Positions 38,768 through 49,469 of a stretch of 64,000 nucleotides of DNA are shown one piece after another. The position numbers were made by a program, and so were the translations under genes. This DNA comes from an uncultured bacterium (GTDB lineage Bacteria > Bacteroidota > Ignavibacteria > OLB7): the NCBI GenBank assembly GCA_966250335.1, contig CBINGZ010000024.1, forward strand, positions 10,842 to 74,841. Reading direction: 5' to 3'. Each line of letters starts with the position of its first letter. The stretch's first letter is position 1. The notes under the pieces were generated by a model that did no database searches, was not told the DNA's origin, and was given only the letters and a program-made list of their open reading frames with translations.

Positions 38768-39358
38768 CTACGAAGCGACGTCACCCGCCCGATCGGATAT
38801 GCGGAGGGCAGGAGGATGGAGAAGGGAAAGAAGCTTCCGGACGAACCGTTCGATGTGCGGATCGGATCGATGCAGCGGAAGTTCGTCGAGGGGAAACCAG
38901 CGGACGGAATGGAACTCTCCGGGATCGAAGTCGATCGCCAGGGAACCATCCCCGGTCAGCAGATACCAGAGCGACACATCGGTATGCCCGGCGGTGCTGC
39001 CGACGGTTTCGGTGATCGTGATGAAGATCGGGTCCGGGACCAGAAACGACGCTTCAAGGTTGAGCTCCTCGGCGCTCTCCCTGCGGACGGTGTCGCGCGG
39101 ATCCTCGCCGGGCTCCACATGCCCGCCGGTCGGCAGCCAGAGTCCGGACTTGATATGATCGGTCAGCAGTATCAGCCCCCGAAGCGGGTCGACGACGACG
39201 AAATAGGAGACGAGATGCATCGGCGGCGTCGCCGGCTTCTCGATACGGCAGAGGGGCTTCCCCGAGGCTATCCACTCCAGCGCCCCGGAGATATGCTCGC
39301 GCTCCGGTTCGTCGAGCGGAGAAATCGACCTGACGGCGGCTGCGATTCCGTCTCGCAT
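38768..39358 (-). CDS. NUDIX hydrolase
   Basis: Nudix box GGHVEPGEDPRDTVRRESAEEL; start ATG 39358. Confidence 0.88.
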   Translation of the reverse strand: MRDGIAAAVRSISPLDEPEREHISGALEWIASGKPLCRIEKPATPPMHLVSYFVVVDPLRGLILLTDHIKSGLWLPTGGHVEPGEDPRDTVRRESAEELNLEASFLVPDPIFITITETVGSTAGHTDVSLWYLLTGDGSLAIDFDPGEFHSVRWFPLDELPLHRSDPHIERFVRKLLSLLHPPALRISDRAGDVAS

Positions 39359-39413
39359 GATATATCGTTCTCCGGATATGTTGTAGCGCCGCAAAGATAA
39401 CGACGCGGCGTGA

Positions 39414-40061
39414 TCACTCCGACGACCTCTGACGCCGCCGCAGCCGTTTCGGTCCGTACCAGAGCCAGAAGCCGGAAAGGGAGAGACCGAGCAGGCTCAG
39501 ACCCATCACCGTGGTGTACCCCAGCTTGACCTGCTCGTCCTCGGTGCCGAACGCGAAATCGAGGATGGAGCCGTCGTGGATGTTCTCGATGAGATCGGAT
39601 GTGCGGTGGGATATAAGGAGCACCTTCCCCGTCGTCCCGTCGAGCTGCACTTCGGAGTAGTGGTTCACGAAGACGAACTTCACCGAACCTTTCTGCGGCC
39701 GGGCGTCGATCCGCTCCAGCTCCGGCGAGAGATCGGCGCCGATCGAATCGCGCAACGTTTGTATCGCAATGGTATGCAGACTGTCGAACGGGAGCCAGGT
39801 CGCCAGATCGGGAGAGACCCCTTTCGAGGTGGGAGGGAGGATGATCCCCCCGGTATGCTTCTTCCAGCCGAGAAGCAGACCGGTGATCGACACGATGAAG
39901 AAGAACACGAAGAGGAGGGCGCCGATCGTGCGATGCAGCTTTCTGAACAGCCGGAGAAGGCGGGCCCGTTTCAGCCGCCCGGGGGCGACCTGGAGCCGTG
40001 ATCCGGTTATGGGCCCGGCGCCGGACGGGGCGGAGCTTCGTGCGTCGTGATGTTCGGTCAT
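39414..40061 (-). CDS. PepSY-associated TM helix domain protein
   Basis: FRKLHRTIG...SITGLLL, IENIHDGS, SGFWLWYG motifs. Confidence 0.85.
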   Translation of the reverse strand: MTEHHDARSSAPSGAGPITGSRLQVAPGRLKRARLLRLFRKLHRTIGALLFVFFFIVSITGLLLGWKKHTGGIILPPTSKGVSPDLATWLPFDSLHTIAIQTLRDSIGADLSPELERIDARPQKGSVKFVFVNHYSEVQLDGTTGKVLLISHRTSDLIENIHDGSILDFAFGTEDEQVKLGYTTVMGLSLLGLSLSGFWLWYGPKRLRRRQRSSE

Positions 40062-40313
40062 GCGGGGGCCGGTCCTCGGGATATGCTGGACGATGGGGGA
40101 TGCGGATCGCTTCGTAAGATCGGCAATCGAGCACGATCCCCGAAGAGATCAGTGCGACGGCCGCGCTCTTTCAGTGACGTGCAACGGCCTCCGGAACGTA
40201 TATTCACCGCGAGGTATGCCCGGCCCTGCGGTGAAGCCGTCGGCACGGCGCCTCCACGACCATACCACGATACATTCACACCAGGCGGGCGAATGCCCCG
40301 GGAGCATGGAGAG

Positions 40314-40718
40314 ATGTCCGACGTACGTTCCGAAACCGACTCGATCGAGCAGTATCCCTACGACACGCGCCTCGACATCTACTACAAGCCCCTGGAGGTG
40401 GTCGATGTTCAGAAGCTCGTGGACGAATGCACCCATCCCTGGTACAACCAGACGCTCTGCAAGGTGAACGACTCGGTCGTCAGGCTCGGCGTCATTCAGG
40501 GAGAATACCACTGGCACAAACATGACGACGAGGACGAGTTCTTCTATGTTGTGGAAGGCCGACTCCTGATCGATCTGGAGGATCGCACGATCGAGCTCGA
40601 CCCCACGCAGGGCTTCGTGGTGCCGAAGGGAATCGTACATCGTACAAGAGCGCCGCAGCGGACGGTGATCATGATGGTGGAGGGAGCGGGGATCATTCCG
40701 ACAGGGGATGCGATGTAA
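40314..40718 (+). CDS. Cupin domain protein
   Basis: GEYHWHKHDDEDEFFYVVEG and FVVPKGIVHRT cupin motifs. Confidence 0.88.
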   Translation: MSDVRSETDSIEQYPYDTRLDIYYKPLEVVDVQKLVDECTHPWYNQTLCKVNDSVVRLGVIQGEYHWHKHDDEDEFFYVVEGRLLIDLEDRTIELDPTQGFVVPKGIVHRTRAPQRTVIMMVEGAGIIPTGDAM

Positions 40719-41737
40719 TGCGCCCGCGGGGGACAATATATCGTTTCGGGATCGCCGACGACGGGCCCACGATGGACGCCGTGATGCGGCGCATCGACGA
40801 GCACCAGTCGGCTCCTCTCGCCGAGGCTCTGCATGGAACAGGGGAAGATGTATCGTGGCGTGTTGCAGTGGCGCCGCACGACGACTACACGAACGTCGGC
40901 TACCTCTATCCCGCGGTGCTCGGAAACGTCAGGGCGAAGACGATCATCTTCTTCGGCGTGGCGCACAAGGCCCGGAACCTGGGACTCGAGAACGAACTGA
41001 TCTTCGACTCCTATTCCCACTGGACGGGGCCGTACGGTCCCGTCGCCGTCTCGCCGCTGCGTGACGAGATCATGAGGGAGCTCCCCTCCGATCTTTATCA
41101 GGTCAACGACGCCATGCACGACATCGAGCATTCGATCGAGGCGATCGTCCCGTTCCTCCAGCATGACAACCGCGACGTGCGGATCGTGCCGATCCTGGTC
41201 CCCGCCATGCCGTTCGACAGGATGGAACATATCGCGAAGCTCCTGGCCGGGATCATTGGAACTATCGCAGCGAAGCAGGGCCTCCGCTGGGGAGAGGAGT
41301 ATTCGATCGTGATCTCCACCGACGCGGTCCATTACGGCGACGAAGGATGGAGCGGCTGCAACTTCGCCCGTTTCGGCGCCGACGAAACGGGCTACCGCGC
41401 CGCTCTGGCCCACGAGGAGGCGATCATCGACAACTGCCTGCGCGACGAGATCGAGCCGCATCGCCTGAAAGCCTTCACCGAATACACCGTCAGCCCTCTC
41501 GACTTCCGCGAATACATCTGGACCTGGTGCGGCCGCTACTCCCTCCCCTTCGGCCTGCTGACGGCATATCATCTCCAGAGATATCTGAACGAACCGCCGC
41601 TCTCCGGAAAGCTCCTCGGCTACCGCACCAGCATCGACTCTCTCGGCCCTCTCCCTCTGGACGATCTCGGCCTCCGTGCCACAAACCCCGCCACGATCCG
41701 TCATTGGGTCGGCTACCCCGCCCTGGGCTACGTCTAG
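40718..41737 (+). CDS. MEMO1 family protein (AmmeMemoRadiSam system protein B-like)
   Basis: APHDDY, GVAH, EHSIEAIVPFLQH, ISTDAVHYG, TWCGRY, WVGY motifs; start uncertain. Confidence 0.8.
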   Translation: MRPRGTIYRFGIADDGPTMDAVMRRIDEHQSAPLAEALHGTGEDVSWRVAVAPHDDYTNVGYLYPAVLGNVRAKTIIFFGVAHKARNLGLENELIFDSYSHWTGPYGPVAVSPLRDEIMRELPSDLYQVNDAMHDIEHSIEAIVPFLQHDNRDVRIVPILVPAMPFDRMEHIAKLLAGIIGTIAAKQGLRWGEEYSIVISTDAVHYGDEGWSGCNFARFGADETGYRAALAHEEAIIDNCLRDEIEPHRLKAFTEYTVSPLDFREYIWTWCGRYSLPFGLLTAYHLQRYLNEPPLSGKLLGYRTSIDSLGPLPLDDLGLRATNPATIRHWVGYPALGYV

Positions 41738-41759
41738 TTCGCCCCTATGGGGCTTGGTT

Positions 41760-43502
41760 CTATTTCCTCTTCTTGGGATTCCCCGGATTCCCCCGTCCCT
41801 TGCGAGCCGCAAACGGAACCCCCCGCCGCCCGCCGCGCCCATAATCCTCAACCTCCCGCCGCTCCCCAAGAGCCGACACATCCTGCCTGGTCGCCAGCCG
41901 GATATTGGTCTCCCGATTGCGGATGGTAACACCCGCCAGATCGGTCACCACCTGCTCGCTATACTGCGCCGGAATCTCCACGAACGTAAAGTCGTCATAG
42001 ATATCGATCGCCCCGATGGAGGCCCCCGGTATCCCCGCCTCGTTCGCGATCGCCCCCACGATATCGGAGGGACGGATCCCCGTCCGCCGTCCCGCGTTGA
42101 TGAAGAGCCTGACCATTCCCGACTCCGACGGCGGCACCTGCTCCGGCTTCGGCTCCAGCGCCACGGTCAGCGGCTTGTCTCCCTGGGCGATCCTCACCGC
42201 CGCCGCGGCGATCTCCGCCATATCTCGCCCGCTCTCCTCGGCCATCTCCTCGACCATCGAGAGATAGGCATCCAGATTCTCCTCACCGAGCGTCTTCATG
42301 ATCCGCTCCTTGAAGAGCGCCAGGCGCCGCGCGGCAACATCGGCTCGCGACGGGATCTTCTTCGAGGTAAGTCTCTTCCCCGTATATCGTTCGATCTCGT
42401 ACATCATCCGTTCCTCGCGCGGGGTCACGAAGAGGATCGCGGTCCCCGTCCGTCCGGCGCGTCCGGTCCTGCCGATGCGATGGACGTACGACTCGGGATC
42501 GTTCGGTATATCGTAGTTGACCACGAGTTCGATCTGTTCGATATCGAGTCCGCGGGCCGCCACATCGGTCGCCACCACGATCTCCACCTGACCCGACCTC
42601 ATCCGTCGAATGACGCTCTCGCGCTGCGACTGGGTCATCCCCCCATGCATCGCCTCGGCTTCGTAACCGCGCGCCTGCAGTTTCTCCGCCAGGTCCGCCG
42701 CCCCGATCTTCGTCCGCGCGAAGATCAGGATCGCCCCCTGTTCCTCCGCCCGTGTCTCCAGGAGCTGGGTGAGGACGTTGAGCTTCTGCTTCTCGGTCAC
42801 ATGGAAATAGTACTGCTCCACGGAAGGAACAGTCATAGCCTTATGCGATACTTCCACCGCCACCGGGTTCTTCAGATATCGCTTCGTGATACGGCGGACC
42901 TCCGGCGGCATGGTGGCGGAGAAGAGGGCGGTCTGGCGCTCCTGCGGCGTCTGGCTCAGAATCCATTCCACATCCTCGAGAAACCCCATCCGGAGCATCT
43001 CGTCGGCCTCATCCAGGACCACGAACCGGAGCGTCTCGAGCTTCAGCGTCCCCCGGCGCATATGATCCATGATCCGTCCCGGCGTTCCCACCACCACATG
43101 CATCGGACCGCGAAGGCGGGCCACCTGTTTCATGATCGAGTCGCCGCCGTAGATCGGTGTGATCCGCAGACGTCCCAGATGCCGGGCGTAGGTGTGGATC
43201 GCCTCGGCCACCTGGATCGCCAGTTCGCGCGTCGGCGTCAGGATCAGCGCCTGAAGGGCTCCGCGGGTCAGGTCGAGCCTGTCGAGGATCGGAAGTGAGA
43301 AGGCGGCCGTCTTTCCGGTCCCCGTCTGCGCCTGTCCCAGCAGGTCGTGCCCGGCAAGCAGGAGGGGGATCGTCTGCTGCTGGACCGGCGTCGGCGTCTC
43401 ATAGCCCAGCTCCGTAAGGGTCAGAGTGAGAGCCTCACTCAGGCCGATGCCGTTGAATGTCTCGTTGTCGGGCGTGCCCGTCGCTTTCTTGTCCTCGTTC
43501 AT
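41760..43502 (-). CDS. deaD: DEAD-box RNA helicase DeaD/CsdA with DbpA RNA-binding domain
   Basis: AQTGTGKT, PTRELA, LDEADEML, SAT, ARGLD, HRIGRTGRAG; C-terminal IRPSDIVGAIANE. Confidence 0.93.
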   Translation of the reverse strand: MNEDKKATGTPDNETFNGIGLSEALTLTLTELGYETPTPVQQQTIPLLLAGHDLLGQAQTGTGKTAAFSLPILDRLDLTRGALQALILTPTRELAIQVAEAIHTYARHLGRLRITPIYGGDSIMKQVARLRGPMHVVVGTPGRIMDHMRRGTLKLETLRFVVLDEADEMLRMGFLEDVEWILSQTPQERQTALFSATMPPEVRRITKRYLKNPVAVEVSHKAMTVPSVEQYYFHVTEKQKLNVLTQLLETRAEEQGAILIFARTKIGAADLAEKLQARGYEAEAMHGGMTQSQRESVIRRMRSGQVEIVVATDVAARGLDIEQIELVVNYDIPNDPESYVHRIGRTGRAGRTGTAILFVTPREERMMYEIERYTGKRLTSKKIPSRADVAARRLALFKERIMKTLGEENLDAYLSMVEEMAEESGRDMAEIAAAAVRIAQGDKPLTVALEPKPEQVPPSESGMVRLFINAGRRTGIRPSDIVGAIANEAGIPGASIGAIDIYDDFTFVEIPAQYSEQVVTDLAGVTIRNRETNIRLATRQDVSALGERREVEDYGRGGRRGVPFAARKGRGNPGNPKKRK

Positions 43503-43747
43503 ACGATCTCTGCCGCTCTTGAATATGGGAAAGGTCCGTCCTCGTGAGAACGGTTCGACCCGGTGTGAAATTCCCCGCTCGCCTCCGGGAAGCCCGCATG
43601 TTACGGATACTTCGGGGACGGCGCGCCGTTCCGGAGATAACAAAACGTAGCGGCGCGGCGGGGATTCATATATTCGGCCTCACCAGAAGGCGGGATATCG
43701 GCGGCGGTGACCGCGTTCGCGCCTTCACGCACCTATCGGACGCAGCC

Positions 43748-46700
43748 ATGCCGGACTATCCGCCTCACCGGTTCGCCCACGCCTGCTTCTCGCGCCCGCG
43801 CGTCGCCGACGGCCTCCCCGTCAAGTCGGTCTTCGCTCTCTTTCAGGAGAGTCTGGGGTTCGTCTGGGTCGGCACCCAGATGGGCCTTGTCCGTCTGGAC
43901 GCAGGTTCCGCGCGCCGTTTCCGCCATAATCCCGATGATCCCTCGACCTCTCCCGGAACCTTTATCCTCTCTCTCGGCGAATCATTGCAGGGCGATATAT
44001 GGGTTGGAGCCTACGAGGGAGGCTGTGCCCGTTACGATAGATATACCGAGCGGTTCACCCCGGTCGATCTTCAGCCCTGGAGTTCGGGGGATCGCGTGGC
44101 GCGATGTTTCATGCCGATGGGGGATGGCCGGATGTGGGTGGGCACGAACGGTTCACTGACCGCCGTGGAGCCGGAGAGGGGAGGGGTCAGCAAGTTCCGT
44201 CCCGCCGATATCGACACTCCCGGCGCCGATGTGCGATACACGGCGCTGCTGCCGCTGGACGATCGCCTGCTGCTGGTGGGGGCCACATCCGGAGCATACA
44301 TCTTCGACACGGTGAGCGGGTCGGCCCGGTCGATCCCGTTCGAGAACCGCGGCCTGATTTCGCCGCCGCGCCACAACGTGGCGGCGATGATTAGGGATGA
44401 CGCGGGGGGCCTGCTGGTCGCCACCGGCCGTCAGCTCTATCGCGGCGGGTCGATGCCGGAGGCGCTGGAACTGGTGGAGCCTCTCGTCAATCACCCGAGC
44501 TACGGCGCCCGGTTCGCGGTGACCTCGCTTGCCGCCGACAGTATCGCGTCGCGAGTATGGATCGGAACCTCCGTCGGGCTTCTCCGGATGGAGGCGAACG
44601 GGGAGGGCTTCACCTTCTTCCCCTCGGATGATTCCGATCCGCTGGCGCCGTGCGGACCTGAGACGAGCGTCCTGCTCCGCGACCGTTCGGGGATGCTCTG
44701 GGTCGGCGCGGGGGGCGGGATCTCACTGCTTGATCTGCGATATAATTTTCGCTACCATCGTGTCGTTGACGAGTCCCTCAGGAGCCCGCTGACCGTATCG
44801 GGCATCGCCGAGGATGAGGATGGGAAACTCTGGCTGGCGACACCGATCGGACTGTGGGAATACGACCCTGCAACCGGGGAGAAGAGACGCTACTCGCTCG
44901 GCGGCGATACGGAGCAGACGATACGGGAGAACGATCTTGTCCGCGAGGTCCGGCGCGGCAGGGAGGGGAGCCTCTGGATCGGGTCGGTCGGCGGACTCTT
45001 CAGGTGGGACCGGAAAACCGGGACTGTCGTGGAGCGATATCATCCTGATGCGGTCGCCGTTGCGGCCGGCGGCGTACGGTCGCTCCTCGCCCCCTCGATC
45101 AAGGGGGTGCTGGAGGATAGCGAGGGTTTCGTCTGGTCGGGAAGCGATGTTGGCGGAGTCCAGCGCCTTGATCCCTCGTCGGGAACGTTCAGGTATTACA
45201 GAAAGGGGGATCGCGACTCCGGCGGCATACCTCACGATACGATGCTGACCTCGCTTCAGGATCGTCGCGGTCGTCTCTGGTTCGGCTTCGTGACCTCCCT
45301 GGCGCGATATGATCGCCCGACCGACACGTTCGAGAGTTTCGGCTTCGACCCCGCCGACCATTCCAGCCTGAGCAACAGCATGGTGACGGCGCTCTACGAG
45401 GACGCCGCCGGCACGCTCTGGGTCGGGACGGCCGGTGGGCTCAACCGCGCGGTCGAATCGCCGGAGGGGAAGGTCTCCTTCGTCAGATACGGCGCGCGCG
45501 ATCTCCCCGCCGATTTCATCACCTCCATCATCGGTCACGGCGACGAGCTCTGGCTGGGGACCAACAGGGGGATCGTCCGCTTCAGCGAACGGGAGGGGAG
45601 GATAGAGACGCGGCTGTACGATAGATCGGACGGTCTCCATGCGGCCGAATACAATCTCGGCTGCGCGATCCGCGGCGCCGACGGTGTTCTCTCCTTCGGC
45701 GGTCGGAGCGGCTTCGATCGGTTCGATCCCGATCGACTTCTTCCCGATCTCACCCCTCCTCCCGCCGTTCTCACCGAGCTCCTTCTCTTCAACGAATCGG
45801 TGCGGGTCGATCCTTCCGCCGGACGCGGCGCCGGGCCCTCCCTGAAAGGATCGATCACCCATCTGCGCGATCTGACCCTGACGTACCGTCAATCGGTCGT
45901 CACCATCGGCTACGCGGCGCTCCATTACAGGGCTCCGGAGAAGATCCGGTACGGATATATTCTGGAGGGATTCGATCGCGAGTGGAACGACGCCGGCGGG
46001 CGGGACGAGGCGACCTACACGAACCTCGATCCCGGCAGATATCTCTTCAAGGTACGCGCCGTCAACAGCGACGGCCTGACGGGCGGTTCCGGCGCCGGGC
46101 TGATGATTCATGTGGAGCCCCCCCCGTGGCGGACCTGGTGGGCGCATACCCTCTACGGCATGGCCGGAGCCGCAACGATCGCCTCCTTCACCCGGTGGCG
46201 GATCGCGGCGCGCGAACGTGAACTGCGCGAACAGCAGGCGGTGGAGCGGGCACGCCTGGAGGAGCGTGAGAACATCCGCCGCAAGAACGCGGCCGACTTC
46301 CACGACGAGGCGGGAACCACCCTGACGCGCATCCTCTTGCTGACCGAACTCGCCAGGCGCAACGGCGGCGGGGAGGGGGAGCTCGGCTCCCTTCTGGAGA
46401 AGGTCGAGGCGAACGCGGCACATCTTGCCCAGGGGATGCGTGATTTCATCTGGGTGCTCGATCCCGACAAGGATACGCTGCTCGACACGCTCCAGCGGAT
46501 CGATGCCGTCGGTGAATCGCTCTTCGCCACGCTCGACACATCTTTCACTATGCGATATGATTATCGGCGCATGCAGGGAGTGACGCTCGATCTGGATTAT
46601 CGTCGTCAGATATTGATGATCTGCAAGGAGGCGCTGAACAACGTGGCCCGTCATGCGGGGGCGGCGACCGTGCAGGTGCTGGTCTCACGCGAGAAGGGGG

Positions 46701-46882
46701 CGGTCGTCGTCACGGTGATCGATGACGGCGGAGGATTGCCTGCCGGGGGAGGGAGCGCCGGGTACGGCATGAAGTCGATGCGGAGAAGAGCCGAGAGCAT
46801 CGGGGCGACGTTGACGCTGGAGAGCGGCGGAGCAGGGGCCGGGACGCGGGTGGAGCTGAAAATACCCCATTTGGGCGATTGA
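43748..46882 (+). CDS. Sensor histidine kinase with two-component beta-propeller repeats, Y_Y_Y domain, TM helix and HisKA_3/HATPase
   Basis: LWVGT repeats; YTNLDPGRYLFKVRAVNSDG; PPPWRTWWA; AADFHDEAG; KEALNNVARHA; DDGGG...GYGMKSMRRRA. Start uncertain. Confidence 0.9.
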   Translation: MPDYPPHRFAHACFSRPRVADGLPVKSVFALFQESLGFVWVGTQMGLVRLDAGSARRFRHNPDDPSTSPGTFILSLGESLQGDIWVGAYEGGCARYDRYTERFTPVDLQPWSSGDRVARCFMPMGDGRMWVGTNGSLTAVEPERGGVSKFRPADIDTPGADVRYTALLPLDDRLLLVGATSGAYIFDTVSGSARSIPFENRGLISPPRHNVAAMIRDDAGGLLVATGRQLYRGGSMPEALELVEPLVNHPSYGARFAVTSLAADSIASRVWIGTSVGLLRMEANGEGFTFFPSDDSDPLAPCGPETSVLLRDRSGMLWVGAGGGISLLDLRYNFRYHRVVDESLRSPLTVSGIAEDEDGKLWLATPIGLWEYDPATGEKRRYSLGGDTEQTIRENDLVREVRRGREGSLWIGSVGGLFRWDRKTGTVVERYHPDAVAVAAGGVRSLLAPSIKGVLEDSEGFVWSGSDVGGVQRLDPSSGTFRYYRKGDRDSGGIPHDTMLTSLQDRRGRLWFGFVTSLARYDRPTDTFESFGFDPADHSSLSNSMVTALYEDAAGTLWVGTAGGLNRAVESPEGKVSFVRYGARDLPADFITSIIGHGDELWLGTNRGIVRFSEREGRIETRLYDRSDGLHAAEYNLGCAIRGADGVLSFGGRSGFDRFDPDRLLPDLTPPPAVLTELLLFNESVRVDPSAGRGAGPSLKGSITHLRDLTLTYRQSVVTIGYAALHYRAPEKIRYGYILEGFDREWNDAGGRDEATYTNLDPGRYLFKVRAVNSDGLTGGSGAGLMIHVEPPPWRTWWAHTLYGMAGAATIASFTRWRIAARERELREQQAVERARLEERENIRRKNAADFHDEAGTTLTRILLLTELARRNGGGEGELGSLLEKVEANAAHLAQGMRDFIWVLDPDKDTLLDTLQRIDAVGESLFATLDTSFTMRYDYRRMQGVTLDLDYRRQILMICKEALNNVARHAGAATVQVLVSREKGAVVVTVIDDGGGLPAGGGSAGYGMKSMRRRAESIGATLTLESGGAGAGTRVELKIPHLGD

Positions 46883-46966
46883 TGGAGGGCTCTCACGCCC
46901 CGTAACATTGTGGCGTACTTCAAGGCCGGGACCTCCCCGGACCTGCTTACCAGCGAAGATTACGCC

Positions 46967-48718
46967 ATGTCCTACTTCGATATCGTCTTGCGATGCGCAT
47001 CCCGGAGCCTTCGGGTCGCTCTCTCTCTCTGGTTCGCCGCGGCCCTCTCGGTCGGGAGTGTGTCGGCGCAGTTCCTCGTCAGGAACATCAACACGGCGGG
47101 TGGTGGAGCGAACGGCTCGACCCCCGCGAAGCTCGTCGATCTGTCGGGGACCATCTTCTTCGCCGGGACCGCGGCGGGGACGGCACGGGAACTCTGGAAG
47201 AGCGACGGGACCGAAGCGGGGACGCTTCTGGTGCGCGACGTCAATCAGGGGAACAGGAACGGCATCGGCGACAACCCGGAACTGGTCGCGGTCGGGGAGA
47301 CGATCTTCTTCATCGCGACCGACGGGGTCTCCGGTTACGAGCTCTGGAAGAGCGACGGGACCGAAACCGGAACTATCATGGTAAGAGATATCCGCCCCGG
47401 GGCGGAAAGCTCCATGCCCGATATCGACGGTCTCCCCGCCGCGCTTACCATCTCCGGTTCCACCCTCTACTTCGTGGCGAACGACGGAACGCACGGGTTC
47501 GAACTCTGGAAAAGCGACGGCACGGCCGAGGGGACGGTGATGGTACGGGACCTCAATCCCGGAGGGGATGCCTTCAGCGACCAGGAGATCCCGATGATCG
47601 ATATCAACGGCACGATATTCTTCGGCGCCGACGACGGAACGAGCGGCGCGGAGCTCTGGAAGAGCGACGGCACCGGGGCGGGAACCGTACCGGTGAAGGA
47701 TATCTACCCCGGCGCGGAGTCGTCGGTCCTGAAGTGGTTCGTCGATCTGGAGGGTACGCTTCTCTTCTCCGCGCTCGACGGCGCGACGGGAGTCGAGCTC
47801 TGGAAAAGCGACGGCACGGCCGGTGGGACCACGATCGTGCGCGACATCCTCGACGGCACCGGAAGCTCCGTTCCGACCGGCCTCACCCTTCTCGACGGCT
47901 TCGTCTATTTCGCCGCGGCCGACGGCGACAGAGGGATCGAACTCTGGAGGAGCGACGGCACATCGGCCGGCACGACGATGATCGAGGTGCATCAGGGGGC
48001 CGCGGGATCGCTCCCCCTCTTTCTGACCCCGGTCGGCGACAGGCTCTATTTTCTTGCGAACGACGCCGAGCATGGTGACGAGCTTCGCCTCTACGATCCC
48101 TCCACGGGCGCCGTGACGCTCGTCCGGGATATCAACCCCGGCACGCCGCACGGGCTTCTTCGCGGCCTCTCGCAACTCGTCTCGTTCGACGGGAAGCTCT
48201 ACGTCGGCGCGCGGGACGGAGGGGCCTCGGCGGTCGGCCCGCTCGAGCTGGAACCGTGGGTCAGCGACGGGACGGAGGCCGGAACCCGGCTTCTCAGGGA
48301 TATCTATCCCGGCACCGTCGGCTCGGCGCCGAAGGAGTTCACGGTCTCCGGCGAGAATCTCTTCTTCTCCGCAAAGGACGATCGGAACGGACAGGAGCTC
48401 TGGGCCCTGAAGCGGAGCGGCTCATCGTCGACACCCCCTGTCGTATCGGGCGATGCTTCACTTCGCATCTCCCGGACCACTCCCAATCCCGCCAGGGAGA
48501 CGATCACGATCTCATACACGCTGGCGCAGGCGGGAAAGGCGACGATGACGCTCCACGATATTCTTGGAAGAAGATCCGCGATCCTTCTCGACACCTATCT
48601 TCCTGAAGGATCGCATACGGTGGAATGCGACGTCCGGGATCTTCCCGCCGGTCTCTACTCATGCCGGCTCGTCGCGGGGGATGCGATCGTATCACGAACG
48701 GTGGTTGTCCGAAAATAA
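46967..48718 (+). CDS. ELWxxDGT repeat protein with T9SS type A sorting domain
   Basis: Signal peptide; six ELW[KR]SDGT repeats plus degenerate copies; C-terminal PNPARE...LPAGLYSCRL. Confidence 0.92.
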   Translation: MSYFDIVLRCASRSLRVALSLWFAAALSVGSVSAQFLVRNINTAGGGANGSTPAKLVDLSGTIFFAGTAAGTARELWKSDGTEAGTLLVRDVNQGNRNGIGDNPELVAVGETIFFIATDGVSGYELWKSDGTETGTIMVRDIRPGAESSMPDIDGLPAALTISGSTLYFVANDGTHGFELWKSDGTAEGTVMVRDLNPGGDAFSDQEIPMIDINGTIFFGADDGTSGAELWKSDGTGAGTVPVKDIYPGAESSVLKWFVDLEGTLLFSALDGATGVELWKSDGTAGGTTIVRDILDGTGSSVPTGLTLLDGFVYFAAADGDRGIELWRSDGTSAGTTMIEVHQGAAGSLPLFLTPVGDRLYFLANDAEHGDELRLYDPSTGAVTLVRDINPGTPHGLLRGLSQLVSFDGKLYVGARDGGASAVGPLELEPWVSDGTEAGTRLLRDIYPGTVGSAPKEFTVSGENLFFSAKDDRNGQELWALKRSGSSSTPPVVSGDASLRISRTTPNPARETITISYTLAQAGKATMTLHDILGRRSAILLDTYLPEGSHTVECDVRDLPAGLYSCRLVAGDAIVSRTVVVRK

Positions 48719-48780
48719 TCGATGTACGATAAATCGGCCGCCGGACGAGCGGCCGGCATGAACGAGGCACGGGAGACGAG

Positions 48781-49428
48781 ATGAAACGACCGATGGAGGA
48801 GAGGTCGATCGTGGTGGCGATCGTGGAGGACGACGAGGCGATCCGTGTGTCGCTGACCCTGATCATCGACGGTTCGCCCGGCTTTACATGCTGCGGCGGG
48901 TTCGCCAGCGCGGAGGAGGCGCTCAAGGCCCTGCCGGGGAATCCGCCGGACGTGGTGCTGATGGATATCGGGTTGCCCGGTATCTCCGGCATAGAGGCGA
49001 CGCGGCTGCTGCGCGAACATATCCCCGATACCGATGTGGTGATGCTCACCGTGAAGGAGGACGACGACACGGTCTTCAGCTCGCTCTGCGCCGGCGCGAC
49101 CGGTTATCTCATCAAGAGCATGCAGCCGGCGCGACTGCTGCAGTCGATCGACGAGGTCTATCGCGGCGGGTCGCCGATGACCGCCTCGATCGCGCGACGG
49201 GTCATCCGATCGTTTCAGGCGGCGCCGGCCGATTCTCCCTCGCTCACGCGTCGTGAGTCCGAGATTCTGGAACATCTCTGCAACGGCGAGAGCTATCGTG
49301 TGATCGCCGAAAAGCTCTACGTCAGCGGGCACACGGTCCGCGCCCACATCAAGAACATCTACGGCAAACTCCAGGTCAACTCGCGCGCCGCGGCGGTGCG
49401 CAAGGCGATGAGGGAGCGGCTGATCTGA
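48781..49428 (+). CDS. NarL/LuxR family response regulator
   Basis: IVEDD, DVVLMDIGLPGISGIE, GYLIK; HTH LTRRESEIL...TVRAHIKNIYGKLQV. Confidence 0.95.
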   Translation: MKRPMEERSIVVAIVEDDEAIRVSLTLIIDGSPGFTCCGGFASAEEALKALPGNPPDVVLMDIGLPGISGIEATRLLREHIPDTDVVMLTVKEDDDTVFSSLCAGATGYLIKSMQPARLLQSIDEVYRGGSPMTASIARRVIRSFQAAPADSPSLTRRESEILEHLCNGESYRVIAEKLYVSGHTVRAHIKNIYGKLQVNSRAAAVRKAMRERLI

Positions 49429-49469
49429 TTCATTCCACAACCCGCATTCATATCATTCAGGGAGGTATC

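Noticed and set aside
47180-48300. Regularly recurring ctctggaagagcgacgg repeats as a possible CRISPR array
   Set aside because: These are in-frame coding repeats (ELWKSDGT) about 150 bp apart; no cas genes.
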